Origin: a virus
Lineage: Duplodnaviria > Heunggongvirae > Uroviricota > Caudoviricetes
DNA: 25,564 bases
Reading direction: 5' to 3' (one strand)
IMG/VR virus record: IMGVR_UViG_2778261069_000008
Part shown: positions 24,575 through 25,564 of the stretch, one piece after another
Numbering within the stretch: position 1 is the stretch's first letter
Layout of the letters: every line of letters starts with the position of its first letter
Notes under the pieces: generated by a model
The model's database searches: none
What the model was told of the DNA's origin: nothing
What the model saw: only the letters and a program-made list of their open reading frames with translations
Made by a program: the position numbers and the translations under genes

Positions 24575-25041
24575 ACGACCACCTCGCCGATAAATTTCAC
24601 GCCGTCGGCGGTACGCAGCCAGCGCGGGGCTTTCAGCCCTTCAGTAAGGTACCAGACCAATTCACATAACAACCCGGTCAGGGTTTGTTCGGTTTTGGGT
24701 TCCAGCGTGCGCTCCATCAGTAGCCGGAGCAACGCGAGGCTGTATTCACATAACAAATCTGGTTCGGGATCAAAGTGCGCTGGCGCGGCGGGAAGCGTGT
24801 CAACGGTAAGGCTTTCAATAAGATGTGGCGGGATGGGGTCGTTGAGCGTGGGTTGCAGTAGCGCAAGACAGGCGTGAAGCCGTCCGCAGAGCGCCAGCCG
24901 CAGCGCGGGTTCGTCGGTTTCTATCAGGGTTTCAGCGAAGCGGGCGCAGTAGTCGGCAAGGACGGTGAAATCCGTGGCGGCGCTAAAGGGAACAGACAAC
25001 AGATCGAGTAAATCGCAGTCAGGGGTGAGGATTGTAGCCAT
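24571..25041 (-). CDS. Hypothetical 156-aa protein, translationally coupled to the Ner-like gene
   Basis: GGAGG SD about 8 nt upstream of the ATG; Leu/Ala/Pro-rich (MATILTPDCDLLDLL...); stop TGA overlaps the Ner-like ATG (ATGA); no family recognised. Confidence 0.5.
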   Translation of the reverse strand: MATILTPDCDLLDLLSVPFSAATDFTVLADYCARFAETLIETDEPALRLALCGRLHACLALLQPTLNDPIPPHLIESLTVDTLPAAPAHFDPEPDLLCEYSLALLRLLMERTLEPKTEQTLTGLLCELVWYLTEGLKAPRWLRTADGVKFIGEVVV

Positions 25042-25437
25042 AGGGCAACCTCCGATGAGTATTATTCATTACCACCACCAGAGGTTCCAATCTCATGGGT
25101 GGTGGAACCGGACGGGGTTGGAACTACCGGCCTCATCGACACCGGCGCGTCTTGCGACGCCCCCGCCCGGCCCACCATTGAGATGCAGCCAAGCGCACGA
25201 CACAAAAAAAGCGCTAACGCGCCTTGTGTCGTCGATGAAGTTAGCCAGGGGTTCCAATCCCGACGCCTGATTTTGCAGGCGCAGGGGAAGGATACTGCGA
25301 TGGATAAACAGTGGCAAGAATTAACAACAAAAAAAGAATGACGCAGAAGTCTGTCGAGATTTCAATCTATTATTGAACACCGCGTTCCAACAGGCATACA
25401 CTCCTCAGTGAGACTCAGACTGAGCCAGCCTGTGAAC

Positions 25438-25564
25438 TGAACCGCCCCGGGAATCCTGGAGACTAAACTTCCTGAGAAAGAGGTAAACAGGATGACTAAA
25501 AATACTCGTTTTTCCCCCGAAGTCCGTCAACGGGCAGTCCGTATGGTTCTGGAAAGTCAGAGCG
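25438..25564 (+). mobile_element. Left end of an IS3-family insertion sequence (IS629/IS1203-like), truncated by the window
   Basis: Terminal inverted repeat begins TGAACCGCCCCGGGAATCCTGGAGACTAAAC; orfA starts 54 nt in. Confidence 0.75.
25492..25564 (+). CDS. IS3-family transposase OrfA (N-terminal fragment)
   Basis: MTKNTRFSPEVRQRAVRMVLESQS... matches the OrfA N-terminus of IS629/IS1203-type elements as recalled; SD AAGAGG upstream. Confidence 0.75.
   Translation, partial: MTKNTRFSPEVRQRAVRMVLESQS

Noticed and set aside
24222-24877. Plus-strand ORFs (24222..24593, 24446..24877) antisense to the Ner-like gene and the 156-aa gene
   Set aside because: Arg/Ala/Ser-rich translations typical of GC-rich antisense frames; the minus-strand genes have SD sequences and coupling.

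Overview
The window reads as three blocks. (1) Positions 1 to about 17.8 kb are the right-hand part of a mosaic lambdoid prophage whose late operon runs on the minus strand and continues off the left edge. It carries a phage-21-type lysis cassette (pinholin S, SAR endolysin R, Rz/Rz1), a reverse-oriented membrane-protein moron, four tandem tRNA genes, a Q-like antiterminator with a pR'/tR'-like promoter and terminator, a nin-like region (RusA, DUF968-like, a standalone Hok toxin, DUF551), O-like and DnaC-like replication genes with iterons inside the O-like gene, a Rac-type immunity region (racR divergent from ydaS/ydaT-like genes, with operator repeats on both sides), early-left cargo genes, an 823-aa protein with a C-terminal DEDDh exonuclease domain, and an Xis-like/integrase pair abutting the 3' end of tRNA-Ser. 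(2) Host backbone: serU, mtfA, asnT. (3) A second island beside asnT: a P4-type integrase, a duplicated integrase 3' end with terminator, long palindromes, a small RHH-like gene bracketed by four copies of a 15-bp palindromic motif next to a tyrosine recombinase, a GC-rich ORF-poor stretch, a MazEF/ChpSB-like toxin-antitoxin cassette flanked by direct repeats, an apparently frameshifted Ner-like gene co-oriented with an unrecognised 156-aa protein, and the left end of an IS3-family element. No CRISPR array or rRNA was seen. I recognise no complete known defence system; the candidates for something undescribed are the early-left cargo module (12.0-13.7 kb), the RHH/recombinase module with its motif array, and the 156-aa/Ner-like pair. 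Coordinates I placed by hand-counting (tRNAs, motifs, promoters) may be off by 1-2 nt; CDS ends follow the supplied ORF track.
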